From Ostrea edulis (lineage: Eukaryota), in NCBI RefSeq assembly GCF_947568905.1, contig NC_079167.1:56668001-56732000 (forward strand): 64,000 bases of DNA, given 5' to 3'. The notes under the pieces were generated by a model, which was not told the DNA's origin, searched no databases, and saw only the letters and a list, made by a program, of their open reading frames with translations. The stretch's first letter is position 1. Every line of letters starts with the position of its first letter. The position numbers and the translations under genes were made by a program. Shown here piece by piece: positions 1 through 12,879 of this stretch.

Positions 1-2234
1 TCATGCACTACAGTGTATCCCACCTAACAATTATTAAAAAGGTCAATAAACACACGGACTGTGGTGGTACAACAGTTTCTATGTCAACAGTGGGGGTTTT
101 TTTTGGGTACCACACTAAGCTCTAGCTGTGATTCACTATTCAAACTTGTGTCCTTCAAAACTTTAAAGATAGTACACAGCAAAGATAAAATCTAAAAAAT
201 TGTTTTTGAAGAAAAATAAGGGCATGTTGTTTATCATTATCTAGACCTTCCTGTTATTTAATGTCATTAATACTCTAGTCAGTCCCTGACAGGAAATTAA
301 ATGTAAATATAACTGTATCATAACATCATAGACACACCATATTGAAACTTAAAATTTTCTTTTGCTCTTACTACCCCCTGAATTCAAATAGTAATTGAAA
401 TTCGACTTATTATTTCAGTAATTGCCTTTCACTTCTCAACACAGCCCTTTTATATAATTCCAAGTGGTCCATGGTTCTGTCCTATACCAAATAAAATCAA
501 TTATATTCTCAATTTTCTGTTTAAAAGAACTAGAAAGTCACTCCTTGCATTGATAAGCCAAGGATCCTGATTTCCTACACTTTCATTTAGATACAGAGTG
601 CAGCTTTAGGCAAAGAAAATAAAAGATAAATCTACTGTACACTTAAAAGGTTGTCCATGTCTGCAGTTGATGTCTTTTTAAATTAGATAAAAAAAATGCA
701 TGAAAAAAGCAATTCTATGTCATAACACTGCAAATGACAACAAAAAGTTATGTTAATGATATCACAATTCTGGTTCTACATCATTTGAATCAAATTTAGA
801 ATAAGAACCAAATTTTTAAACAAAAGTGCGGAAATTAATTTTGGTGGACAAATAGAGGCCTCAAAAAGAAATTGCCTTACTGTTGATGCTATACACTCCA
901 AACGACTGTAAATGTTAAAGACAAATTATGAGAAACTGTATTGGATATGATATCTTTTATGAAATAAAAGACATTTAGTCTAGATCTGTAAAGCTTCAGA
1001 ATTTGAGTTTTTTTGGGGCCAAGATAGACTGTTCAATATCATGCATAGTATAATGGTAAGGTTTTCCCATGAAATCAATGAGCCTGCAGTAACCCCAAAA
1101 CTCTAAATGACATATGACAAAACAACCACCAACAAATTCTTTCACCACTCAGACAAAATGTCTAGTCATTTACCAATTTTTTTTTATATATGACAAAGTA
1201 ACAAATTATGTTTGGCTATTTGTTGGCTAGAATGACAGCCACCATCAGACAAAACTGCTATATGTTGCACCAATTTTCCAATAAAATCTCAATAAATATT
1301 GATAGGATTACTACGAGATAATGCAAAGACTTTATATTGTCTGATCAAGACCCAAATTATGTAATTTCTGGCAAGCTTTTCTATCCTTTCTGATAAAAAT
1401 GCATCGACATGAATTGCACCGTCAAGTTGAATTTGTTTTGTCATTTAAACTAAAACCACACATGATCACTTTCAAGTAATATCCAAAAAAATCACAATTC
1501 TCCCTCCACATAGACACCAAGTCCTTTTAAAACTTGGACTTCCTGCATTAAACATCAATTTTTAAAAGTTTTACCTGTGTGTAACTTCTAGTGTGGCAGT
1601 TTATGTCAATCTCCATATATTTCATTCATGAAAGAAAATAAACTTCTTTGAAAAGTGATTCAATAGAAATCAACAAACTCAGGTTAAGCATGTAATTAAT
1701 ATTGCATCAGAAAGTTTTTCATAGCTCAGAATACCTTAATCTTTTCCCAATTCTGTTTTTCAGGCTACTGAACACCTTGCACCTGGATGCAACTCTTCCT
1801 CCTTTCCCTGTCTGTTGCCCGGCAGCTGAAAAATCTATACCTTCATTATTAAATGTGTGTGCAGATTCTACACATTTGATAGTGTCATGAGGGGCCGAAA
1901 AAATACAACTGCATGTTCAAAAACAATTTTGAGCCGTGCATAGGTATATGCAAATATTGACTGAAGAAACTTTACAATCCACCTCTGGTGTGCAGGGGTC
2001 CCTGTTTGCCCTACCCTAAATTTTCTATTTTTCATAGGATTTGTTATCTGGACATTTTCATTGTTAAAATAGAAAACACTGTAAGTTTTAATTTCCATCC
2101 AGATCTTCAATAACTTTTAAGAATATATGTCAAATCTACACAATCTGTTTTGTTCTATCTCACAATGCGAGTCAAATTGTCAAAGAAGACTGTTTCCCAA
2201 AGTGGAATTAGCACTGATCTAATACTGCAATATA

Positions 2235-2452
2235 CTGTAGAATCATTTAAATTCATGGGGGCCAATTTTCATTTATTACTGAATTCTAACGGGTTCGTGG
2301 GGACGTAATTTCGTGGATTTATATATTTGTAAGAAAGATAACTCTGGAATGTAATTATGATTCTTTATTTGTTGAGGATGTAAATTCATGAGTGAGGGGT
2401 ACCCACGAATTCCACAAAAATTGAACCACCACGAACTCTAATGATTCCACAG
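2235..2452. mobile_element. ~218-bp MITE with CTGT(A/G)GAATCA terminal inverted repeats (TA-target, Tc1/mariner-pogo-like non-autonomous element)
   Basis: TA-CTGTAGAATCATT at the left end and AATGATTCCACAG at the right end; a second copy of the family lies at 19454-19671. Confidence 0.65.
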
Positions 2453-2797
2453 GATTCTGATGGTGTTTATAATAATTAATTTGTATATTTCGTAATAAAT
2501 TAATCATCTTGATTCAGATTGAGAAAAAAATTGATTGGAGAAAATAACCTCCTTCTCTCCAGGATTTTAAATAGTAATTCTTAATCATAGTTAAAGCCAT
2601 ACTGCTTTATGTTAGATATGAATTTTACATTAAAATTTTAAATGAATAGGCCCTAGACATATGTGTACATTCACAATATCCTGAAACTGAAGGAAAATAA
2701 AACTCAGCAATGCAATAGACCGATCTTAATTAGATGCTCATAAATAGTCATATAAAACCGAAAGCGAGACTAAGCTAGGTTCCCATATGTAAACAAC

Positions 2798-5758
2798 ATG
2801 GCGTACTCCAGTGCAACTGCTACTACGACTGCTTTTACGAAGGATTTATCTCTTGTTCCCGATGTTACATTCGCATTCGTTGAGAATTTTATTAAATCTC
2901 AATCAACTAGCTCCGGAAAGGAACAAATGACTAAAGGTTTCAAGTACTACAGTGAGCAATATGTGCAGTCTGTGTCGGGTAAGTTGGCAAAAATTTATAC
3001 GACAACAATATAACAATGTACGATTTTCCTTTCTGGTGTTCTGGAAAAGCTGCAGTTTTAATAATTCAGTATGAGAGATTATCCAATTAACCTAATATAA
3101 GGCTGCTTTTTCAAAATGATGGACAACATGAACGGTAAATAATAAAGTTTATCACCCAAATCAATTGAAAAGGGGGGGGGGGGGGGTCCATTTTCGTTGT
3201 GCTTCGAGTGGTCTAATAATTTCAAGGTGTTTGTTTGCTGACCAAACAGTTAACATTAGTTATGCATTGTCTACTATCAATGTTGTCAGAGAAGAGTGGA
3301 AGCCTCTGGATTAATAATTTTCAATCAATTCAAAAGTAAAGGGAAAAAAGTTTCAAAATGATTTTTTATAAAAAGCATGATCATGTAGAATTGTATAAAA
3401 TGTGTTTACATATAATTCATCATACATTACTTATGGTTTTTCTTTCTTCACGCTGAATACACACCGTATCATATAGAAAAATATGAAGATGTGGTATTGT
3501 CAATCACAATTATGTTATTTTTCAGTTTATGAAGATGATGAGGGTTGCCTTGTTAAAGGAAAATGTTACAGATCACAAAGGAAAAATGAGTCTCCCCATG
3601 ATGTAAAGGTATAAAAAATAAGTTCTCTTCGGTTCATTTTCACTTAGAAATATTTAAAACAAATGTTACATACATGTACATATACTGCATATGTGTTATG
3701 AAAATTAAAAAATGGTGTACGTGCATGTAAAGATATAATTTTTAATGACATTCATCTAATTTCGTTAATTTTTATCCCTTTATAAACATTTGTTTGTTGT
3801 CTCATTTGGTCATCTATATACATTTTAAGTACATGTACATTGTACATATACACATGTACATGCATATATTTCAATATTGAACTTTTCATTCCCTATTTTA
3901 GGTCTTGATCAATCAAGAACAAGTAGAAAATTCATTCTGCACATGTGCCATTGGACAAAGTGGATATTGCGGCCATGTAACAGCGCTACTCTACCAAATA
4001 GCCTTTTATAAACTGATGAAATATAAGCTTATTCCAACAGATATTGCAAGAACTTCATTACCCCAAACGTGGCATGTTCCAAGAGGTGAAAAACTACAGG
4101 GAGAAAAGGTTGACAATATTGTTGTGCAAGGGTACGACCGGAATAACCCACAGAGAGCTACAAAAGAAATTAAGTCAACCTTATATAATCCTATATGTGG
4201 AGAGGAGGAATTGGATGTGAATGGGTTTTTGGATGAAATCAAGGACCTAAACATCATGTTTAACACATCAGTAGAAAATTCAACAGAAAGGGTGCAGACA
4301 AAATTTGGCAATTTTCAAAAAGGAAGTGTACTCAGCTATCAGCAGAAGTTAGCAACTGATTATGTTCTTAATCTGATGGAAGTTAATGACTTTCCAAATT
4401 TGCCAGTGAGGAATGTAATGAAGGATAATGTGTCATATGTACTGAGTGAAAATCAAGTAAAAAAATTTGATTCCTTGAAATTAACAGAGCTTGAGAGCAT
4501 TGAAATGGAGGAAAGCACCCGGGAGCAGTCGAATGATCCGAAGTGGCATAAACTGCGGCATGCTAGAATCACAGCTTCATCATCAGGGGAAATTGCCAAG
4601 CGACGGGCAGGTAATTATTGCAAATAATACTTTTTAAACAGTCTTCTTTTCATAGATCTTTTTTAAAAATTGCAATGTAAACAGCAATAAAAATAAATTT
4701 TGGTATTATAAGCATTTGATTTAGAAATTTTCAGGAAAAAAAAGAAAAATTTAAAGAAGAAAAAAATAGTAAAATTTTCTTTTAACAACATGTACAAAAA
4801 AGTTACTTACATGTACATTGTATCTCCCAACAAACATTGCTTATTGTTCATGTTGTTAAAAATTGTAAAGACAACATTTTGCATATTTCTTCAGATGGCA
4901 GAAAACTAGCAGAGAGGTTACAAACAGCTAGACGTTTTCAGTCTGCTGCTATGAAACGTGGCATTGAGACTGAAGGTGTTGCTGCTCAAGCATATAGTGA
5001 GGTAAATTGTACTTTACTTGATGGCATGTTACATGTACATGTATATCATTGACTTACATTTGCATCATATCCTTTCATTTTATATATAGATTGACATATA
5101 CATTTTGTATAGAATGAGTTATATTTTTCTTTCCATGCTTGTATTCTACATAGACAGCTGACGATTTTATTAAAAAAAATCAGATAAAGAATAACTGTCA
5201 AGCAGACCTCACACTGTCTACATGTACATACAAATAATGTATAGAACAGCATCCATGTATATTGAATCAGATTTATTGTGCAACTGAACCTGTTGATGAA
5301 TTCACTAATTGTATTTTTACTGTTCTCTTTTTTCAATTTTATTATGGACATTATTTTTTTTTTTTTTACAGAAAATGGATAACAATGTTAATCTGTATCC
5401 TTGCGGAGTGGTTGTTAGTCCTTTTTCTCATTGGTTGGCTGCAACTCCAGACAGGAAAGTTTACTGTCCATCAAGGGATCCACCTTTTGGATTGCTAGAA
5501 ATAAAGTGCCCGGACACTGACGACTTGTCAAAAGTGAAATGTCTTCGAGAGGACAATGGACAATTAAAATTAAAAACAAACGATAACTACTATTACCAAG
5601 TTCAAATGCAAATGGCTGTAACAGGATTAGAGTGGTGTGATTTTTATGTATGGTTGGAAAATGTATCTCACTTGGAAACAATTTATTTTAATGAGCAGTT
5701 CTGGCAATGTGCAAAAGACAAATTGGATTTATTTTTTCTGACTTATTATTTGGAATAA
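2798..5758 (+). CDS. SWIM zinc finger + YqaJ-like (lambda exonuclease, PD-(D/E)xK) protein, 488 aa; exons 2798-2978, 3526-3608, 3902-4610, 4895-5001, 5372-5758
   Basis: All introns are GT-AG and phases are consistent (1467 nt). SWIM motif CTCAIGQSGYCGH. YqaJ motifs ITASS, WLAATPD, LEIKCP, YYYQVQMQMAVTGLEWCDF. Confidence 0.88.
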
Positions 5759-5834
5759 AATTTGTATTTCAGTTATTTGCTAAATATGTGATATTGTTAG
5801 ATGAAATAAGAACAAAAAATGTGAAACATAAGTT

Positions 5835-8143
5835 TTATTTTTTCTGCTTTATTAATGGCCTTCTGAATAACGTAAGAAGATTGGCCACGGTCCACAACTG
5901 GTTCACTGATCCTGCAATTGAGAGTGGTACTGTTGATTGTAGTAGTTTATATTCTTTCACCCTCTTGATATGCCGTTCAACATGTATTCTTAGTGATGCA
6001 ATTTTCTGGTTGTCTTCTATTTGTGAAGCTGTGAATTGGCCATCTGCGCACAAGAAATGTGGGGTTGCCACTGAAATTCCGGTGTCTTTCAATACATTAT
6101 TCAGGACAAAACCCTTATCTGCCATTATTTGGTCGCCTGTCTCCATGAGTTCAATAAGGCCACAGCGTTTAGTAATTTCAACATCAGACATGCATCCAGA
6201 ATATAAAGAGGATATAAAAGTGATTGATCCATTAGGTGCTATTCCTACTAGACCCTTCCATGTGTTGTGGCTCTTGTAGGTTGAAAATGTTTTAGATGCA
6301 AGGGCCAGTGAGGATGGTCTTTCTGAGAAAATCTCGGTACAGTCTATGATGATGCGAGTCTTTGGATATGAAACTTTGAAATCATTAGGTATATGCTGCA
6401 ATATTTTTTCTCGTGATGGCCAGATATTTATACCTCCCAACAAAAAATACATGTAATTTCCCCAGGTTATATTTTTCCTGCTTACTGTGGACTTATGAAT
6501 ATTAAATCGTACAGATAAATCATCAGATAGGAAACCACATTTCAATCTACATAGAAACATGAAGAGCTCGTCAATTGGGTCCATTGCTTTTGGTCTACCT
6601 CTACTACTCAATTCATCAACTTGGCTGTAGTAAACGCTTTTCATGCGAAGAGCGGTTGGTTTAATTGCATTGTAGAATGTAAGAAATAAAGCATAACTGG
6701 GAAATCCTGTGTAAAATTCTACCATTTCATTGTCAAATGAAAATCGGTTGATACCAAAGCGTTCGAGGGTCAATTTTTTATTTAAAGCTTCTATTTCTTC
6801 ATTCTTAGCTTTAATTTCTGATTCTTTATCTTCCAAAATCTTCTGCAGTTCAGCAAGCTTTGCACTACACTCAATATGGGGGTCTTTGTTTCTGTAAATA
6901 AAAAAACCCATAAAATAAACATTGAAAGTATCATGTACACATGTATTTAAATTCAACAACAAAAACAAAATTGACTTTTCAGTATTGTCTCACTTTTCAT
7001 GAATTATTAAAATGGAAAATTCAACTTCATACCATGTTGTGTGTGTGTAAAATTTACAAAACATAAATTGTTTATCAAGTAAATGAACATTTATCGTTAA
7101 TAACAGATGGTTACTGTATATACATGTTTGTATGTAATCATCTACACGTAAATGTTAATCTGTGAGGGGTTCAAACTGTGAAAATCTTCTTATGACACAA
7201 AATATTGTGTTTAATTTATCTCAAGCTGTGTCATATCTACTCACAAATACATACTTTATGCAATTATGTATTTTTATATGTGATTGATGGACAATTATTG
7301 AGCATTATACATTAGTCACAAAGGCAAAATAAATTGAAAAAAAAAAATAGAAACATGGTTTAGGGGCATGCACAACTTACTCATCTGATGACACTTCTGG
7401 CAAATTTTCATCATGTAAATCATCACTTGTTTGCAGTTCTTGGGAGGAAGAAGGTACATGTATCTCGGCTAATACTTTTTTGTGTTGCGAAGTCCTTTCT
7501 TTCGGTGGCTTTCTTGTATTGACTTCACCAGTCCACTGGAATACTGAAGGAACAGCGTCAGGCTTTAGGCATTTTCGGACAAGTGTCCATCTGAAGTCCT
7601 CAGTCTTAAAATGTCGTGAACATACAACAGTGTTACCTCCGATCTAAACAGAAATATAGGAGATCCAGTTTTTTCATTGGTTTCGTTATATATAAGAAAA
7701 TACCATTTCAAATATATAAAAAAGTCAAAGTCATGCAGAAGTACGCAAACACATTTTACCATGCAAAAACAAACGTGATAGCTTCCTCTTAAATAACCGC
7801 ATAAAATATTTTTATGACTCTTTTTCGGGTAATTTATTTTTATGTTATAAATAACACGTTCATAGTAAATCAATTTCTAGTCCTTTTTTACCACAAATAT
7901 AAAATAGCAGCCGTTGTCGTATGAAAACTCATAATGTAAACAACGCACGCGTGCATGCATGTTTACCTTAAAAAGCGGCCCTTCATCCCGACGGATAGCA
8001 ATAATCCATCTTCTCCTCAGGTCAGGTTTTTTCAAGGATGGTATTTTATGAAAACTGAGTTCTTTGTGGAGCCTTGCGTTCCCGTTGCATTGCGGAACAC
8101 AACAGTATTCATCGCGTTTTGGAATCGGCACTTCCTCAGCCAT
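5835..8143 (-). CDS. THAP + helix-turn-helix + DDE (Harbinger/DDE_Tnp_4-like) transposase, 498 aa; exons 8143-7967, 7643-7381, 6891-5835
   Basis: THAP C2CH motif: YCCVPQC...FHKIP...WIIAIRR...VCSRHF...AVPSVF. HTH segment LFMFLCRLK...LSVRFNIHKSTVSR. Catalytic IIDCTE, MADKGF, RIHVERHI. GT-AG introns, 1497 nt in frame. Confidence 0.9.
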
Positions 8144-9713
8144 GTTGTAATTGTTGCGGAGGAGAAACCTAGCTTAGCCTCGTTTTCAACTTAATGACCT
8201 GCGGTCAATGAATACATGAATATCTTTTGAGATCGGTCTATAGGAATAGTCCTCACCTCCAAAATCCCATTGGGATTTTCTATTCAAAATGTATCCCCCC
8301 CCCCCCCCTCCCCCACTGAAATAAGATGTCAGTTTCGGATCAGATCAATGTCACAAGATTTAAATGGATTGAAGAAAATTTTGATACAAATAACCAAACT
8401 AACATTCAGACGAACATTCCTTGAAATTCCCTTAAAATGCAGTTTATCAACTGAGGTGAGTGAAAATGTACTAGCCATCACAGCAGTGAACATCAGCATC
8501 ACCCAGCTAGTAATGAAGGAATTCCAGGGTTCGGGTTCCTAAATTTTTTCCCCAAAAGTTCCTATTATGTAACTAACAACGTGGTTAAGAACTTAAGGGA
8601 TCTGGGTTTACAGTATCTGGCTTTATAGCCTGGTCAGTGGATCATCCCGATCCGACATTTGTTTATACTCTCCACAAACATCTGGACACTTTGTTTATTT
8701 GTTACTTCTGAACTCGAGCACGATTAATCAAAGTACGCATATATAATACATGACCAAATATGAGTGTGAAGTGAGTTTTTCTTCAGTTGACGATTGATGA
8801 CCTCATAAGTAACTACTAAAAATGTGAACTCGTATGTAGAACTATCTATTACGCCTATTATCTAAAGCTCTACAAACAGCCTTGGTTAGCTCTACGAGAT
8901 TGACCATTTTATTGGTAGTATCATAGACGTCTATGAGTATGATAGATAGTAGGCCCATTATAGAGGTTCTGGTTTTCCCGCACTTCGAACTCAGTGAAAT
9001 TTTTAGTCTGTTGGTCTGAGCTCTCAGTATAAATAAAAAGGTGTTATGGGTTCTCATCAAGCAATACCTATAAAGTTCCATACACATAAATATCTGTGAG
9101 TGAAGTAATCTTCTCTCAGTCTCACGGCACTTTCAAATATGTGCCCGCCTGCAATTCACACATTTCAAACCGGAAGTAACCTGTGTTTGCTGTAAGAGAA
9201 CTCGTTCATTTAATTATTCTTTGGGTAAAGAAATATATCCATCTTGGTATTATTTATGCTACAAATATTGGATCAGTTAATGAACGATTGTGGTAGCATT
9301 TAAATCGTGATAAAATAGGCACATAATATCTTTTTTTAAATGGGGGAAGGGGGGCAGCCAAAGAAGCTAAATGTAGGGAAAAGGAGGGGGTGGGTGGGGG
9401 TGGACTAGATAAATGTATGAGTAATGGACTTCTGTATAATACTAAAAAAGAACTCACTGAGTGGGTATATACTCTCCACAAACATCTGCGTATTGCTTCA
9501 TTCAAAATCAACACCAATATATCATTTAATTCTAGGATAAATAAGACGAAGCACTGATATATATTTACGATATTTTCTTTAAAAGTATATGTCACATATA
9601 AAAGTTTTGTGTAAGAAGTAGACAATTTGAAAGTGAAAAGGAAGTGCCAGGAAATGCTCAGAATGCAGGATTTTACACCATTTACCCCATAGCTTCGGGG
9701 GGCCTAGGCCTCT

Positions 9714-10034
9714 CAGGGCCGTAACTTAAACTTCAATTTGGAGGAGGCAGGAAATTAGGCGGGGGTCTGGGGGCCGCCAGGCCCCCAGACGCTGAGCACA
9801 TTTTGTGCACACTGAACACGTTTCGTGCAAAATCCTTGATTCTAGGGCCTTCTAAGATGTTACTTGACTAACTCATTCTAAAAGAAAGATTTGGAATGCT
9901 TTTTAAGGGAGGTATCATGTTCTTAGTTATTGGAAACAACATAAATTCTAATGAACTTTAAATTTTAATTTTTTTTGGCTCAAAAGTTGGAGGAGGCAGC
10001 TGCCTCCTCCGCCTCCATGTAATTTACGGCCCTG
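9714..10034. mobile_element. ~320-bp MITE with CAGGGCCGTAA termini (hAT-like, non-autonomous)
   Basis: CAGGGCCGTAAC...TTTACGGCCCTG. A near-identical inverted copy lies at 56066-56384. Flanks CCTCT/CCTCC resemble a 5-bp TSD. Confidence 0.75.
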
Positions 10035-10071
10035 CCTCCCGACCTTATTAATATTGAGTAACCTTTAAACC

Positions 10072-10073
<2 letters not shown>

Positions 10074-10105
<32 letters not shown>
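10074..10105. repeat. (CT)n microsatellite
   Basis: Direct reading. Confidence 0.95.
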
Positions 10106-10108
<3 letters not shown>

Positions 10109-10504
10109 TTTTATTCCTTTGCGATATCAGATCTGAGTAGGCCTATGCCGGTTAGATCGACTAAAACTTTGGAAAGAAGTAGTAAACAAACTGAGCATTT
10201 TTCGTGTATAAAGATGTCTCCAGACCTCCCCTAAGATGTTATGTTATGTTATGTTATGTACACAAGCAAAGGTGTAAAATGGGTAGGGGTGGACGTTCTG
10301 AAAAGTACCTAAAAGATCAAGTGCTAGACCCTTTCACAAATTCCTGGATCCGCCAGTGCTGCTCGTCCCAAGCCCAGACAAAGTAGGAGAGTTAACAACT
10401 CCATCCTGTAAAAACCAATCTGTTACAGTTCTAAACGCAAACAACAGAACAACAAACTCCAATCATGGGAGAGGAAAGACCCTCCTCAAGAGGACTTAAT
10501 GTTA

Positions 10505-10986
10505 CCCAGTAGGGAAAGCCGTGAGTCAACGGGAGCTACAAGGCCGACCCCCCCCCCCCCCCCCCCCTTCTATCGACTAGGACCACCAATGTCGCAACAT
10601 GGAATGTGAGGACCATGTATGAGGCAGATAAAATATCACAAGTAGCGACAGAAATGAAAGGCTACCGGGGTATAACACCTCACGCTGATTGGAATCAGCG
10701 AGACCCGTCAGACAAAGAAGACTGTTCAGCAAAGAAATGTTACCGTATTCCGGGTATGAAAAAGACAACGCTCCACACACAGAAGATGTAGCACTCATGC
10801 TGTCTGGACCAGCTCAACAGGCCCTGATAGGATGGGGAGTACATGGATCAAGAATCACCACAGTGCCCCTCAGAACTAAGAAGAAAAAGATCAAGATGAA
10901 CGTAATCCAGTGCTACGCTCAATCGACGAGGGCGATGAAGAGGCAAAAGACAGTTACATGGCAGACTGCAGAATATCATAACCAAG

Positions 10987-11058
<72 letters not shown>

Positions 11059-12873
11059 GCAATATCCTCAAGGGCGACTTCAATGTCAAAATAGGACAAG
11101 ATAATAACAGGTATGAGGAAGTGATGGGGCAACACGGACTGAGAGAGATAAACGAGAATGGCGAGTATTTGCAGACTTCTGTACAATGAACAACCCCGTC
11201 ATAGTTGGCAGTATTTTTCATACAGAAGAGTACATATATCCAAATCTAGTGACAGACAGCAGTAAACAACATCCAAACAAGGGCAGGCCAAAGCACAAGA
11301 TGACTTTACAAAAGTCAACATTGAAGTATAGCGCAAGAGCAGACAAGCGGAAGTATGTGGACAGCAACCAATCAAGGACAAGGAAGGAAACACTATCCAA
11401 GGAACACAGCAACTGAACAGATGGGCAGATCACTTTGAAGAGCTCTTAAATAGACCTGTCCCCCGAAATCCTCCCTCCCCGACATCGATCCTGCCGATAG
11501 AGACCTATACATCAGTTGTGGACAATCAACGCGAAAGGGGATCAGGAAAGCCATCAAGCTACTGAGGAATGGCACGGCTGCAGGAACATACATGTCTGTT
11601 TCTAGTTTCTACAGCCGTGCCGTTCCTGCAGAAGCTCTCAAAGCAGACCTGGAAACACCTGTAGAGATGCTCTACCCTCTTTTCGTGAAGACATGTGAAG
11701 AAGAGACACCAGTAGAATGGAGGGAAGGCTACCTCATCAAGCCACCCAAGAAAGGATAGCTCAACAACTGTACAAACTACAGAGGGGTGACGCTTCTGCC
11801 AGTGCCAGGAAAGGCATTTTTAAAATTTTGATAGCGTTGACCGCGAAACCCTTTGGAAACTCCTTCGCCATTATGAAGTGTCAACTAAACTGGTCACCTT
11901 GATCAAGAACTCTTACGAAGGAATGACTTGTCGAGTGGTCCATGGTGGACAGCTCACAGACAGTTTCGGGTTGAGGATTACCGTCAGACAAGGTTGCATT
12001 CTGTCAGCTTTCCTCTTCCTCCTGGTGATCGACTGGACCACGAAGGCGTTAACAACACATACAAGAAATGGATTCCAGTGGACACTGTGGGATCAGCTTG
12101 ATGACCTGGAATTCACTGATGATCCAGCTCTGCTTTCTCACGGTCACCAACAGATGCAGGACAAGACGCTACCTCTTCACAACTTAATCTCAAGATCCAT
12201 GAGAGCAAGACCAAGATCAACAAGAGAAGTGAGGACCCAGTCAGACTACATGGAACTGAGCTGGAAGAAGTAGAAACTTTCACATACTTGGGCAGCATCA
12301 TTGACAAGCAAGGGGCACAGACGCAGACGTAGACCAAGAATCGGGAAGGCAAGGACAGCATACTTGCAGCTGAGGAACATCTGGGGTTCCAAGGTGGTGT
12401 CCACTCGCACGAAGATCAGGCTGTTCAACTCCAACGTCAAGTCAGTGCTACTGTATGGAGCGCAGACATGGAAGACAACAAAGACCACCACCAGAAAAAT
12501 GCAGACTTTCATCAACAGCTGTCTGAGAAAAATCCCGCAGATCAACTGGCCTGACACCATCTACAATTCAGACCTGTGGCAGCATACCAATCAACTGCCA
12601 ACTGAAGACGAGATCTGGCGCAGAAGACGGTGGTTGATTGGACACACTCTGAGAAAACCAGCCAATAGCATCACCAGACAGTCGCTCTCATGGAATGTCA
12701 TGGGAAAACGGAAGAGAGGACGGTCAGGAAACACATGGTGACACGACCTTGAGACAGACAGCAAGAAGATGAGACACACCTGGAAACATCTAAAGAGGAT
12801 AACCTAGAACTGAGGACTTTGGCGGGCTGTTGTCGATGGCCTATGCTTCGAGATGAGCGATGGGCATAAGTAA
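10505..12873 (+). pseudogene. Decayed RTE-clade non-LTR retrotransposon (AP endonuclease + reverse transcriptase remnants)
   Basis: Frameshifted fragments: NVRTMYEA..QVATEM..Y (endonuclease start), ILKGDFNVKIG, VRQGCILSAFLFLLVIDW, LDDLEFTDD (RT), [34 protein letters not shown]-like 3' end GGCCTATGC...GGCATAAGTAA. Confidence 0.88.
10997..11054. repeat. (GA)29 microsatellite inside the RTE element
   Basis: Direct reading; preceded by a short (CA)n run. Confidence 0.95.
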
Positions 12874-12879
12874 TAATAT

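Larger units (their letters stand above)
2717..8239. mobile_element. ISL2EU-type (PIF/Harbinger-ISL2EU-Spy group) autonomous DNA transposon, apparently intact
   Basis: Termini AGACCGATCT (2717) and AGATCGGTCT (8239), with the inverted match extending imperfectly to ~25 bp. AT flanks both ends (2715-16, 8240-41). It contains convergent THAP-DDE and SWIM-YqaJ genes, the known ISL2EU gene pair. Confidence 0.88.

Noticed and set aside
1300-2110. Possible decayed coding sequence on the minus strand (SAPHDTIKCVESAHTFNNEG..., QEVQVLKGLGVYVEGE)
   Set aside because: Multiple stops and no family I can recognise; a tblastx search would be needed.
3902-5758. YqaJ domain as evidence of a prophage or viral insertion
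   Set aside because: The gene has spliceosomal introns and lies inside transposon termini next to a DDE transposase.
5707-6279. 190-aa plus-strand ORF
   Set aside because: Antisense to the transposase, non-ATG start, no recognisable motif.
10848-11221. ORFs with SLSL or RERE runs; also 15265-15462, 17320-17544, 23783-23992, 56722-56989
   Set aside because: Translations of microsatellites or low-complexity DNA.
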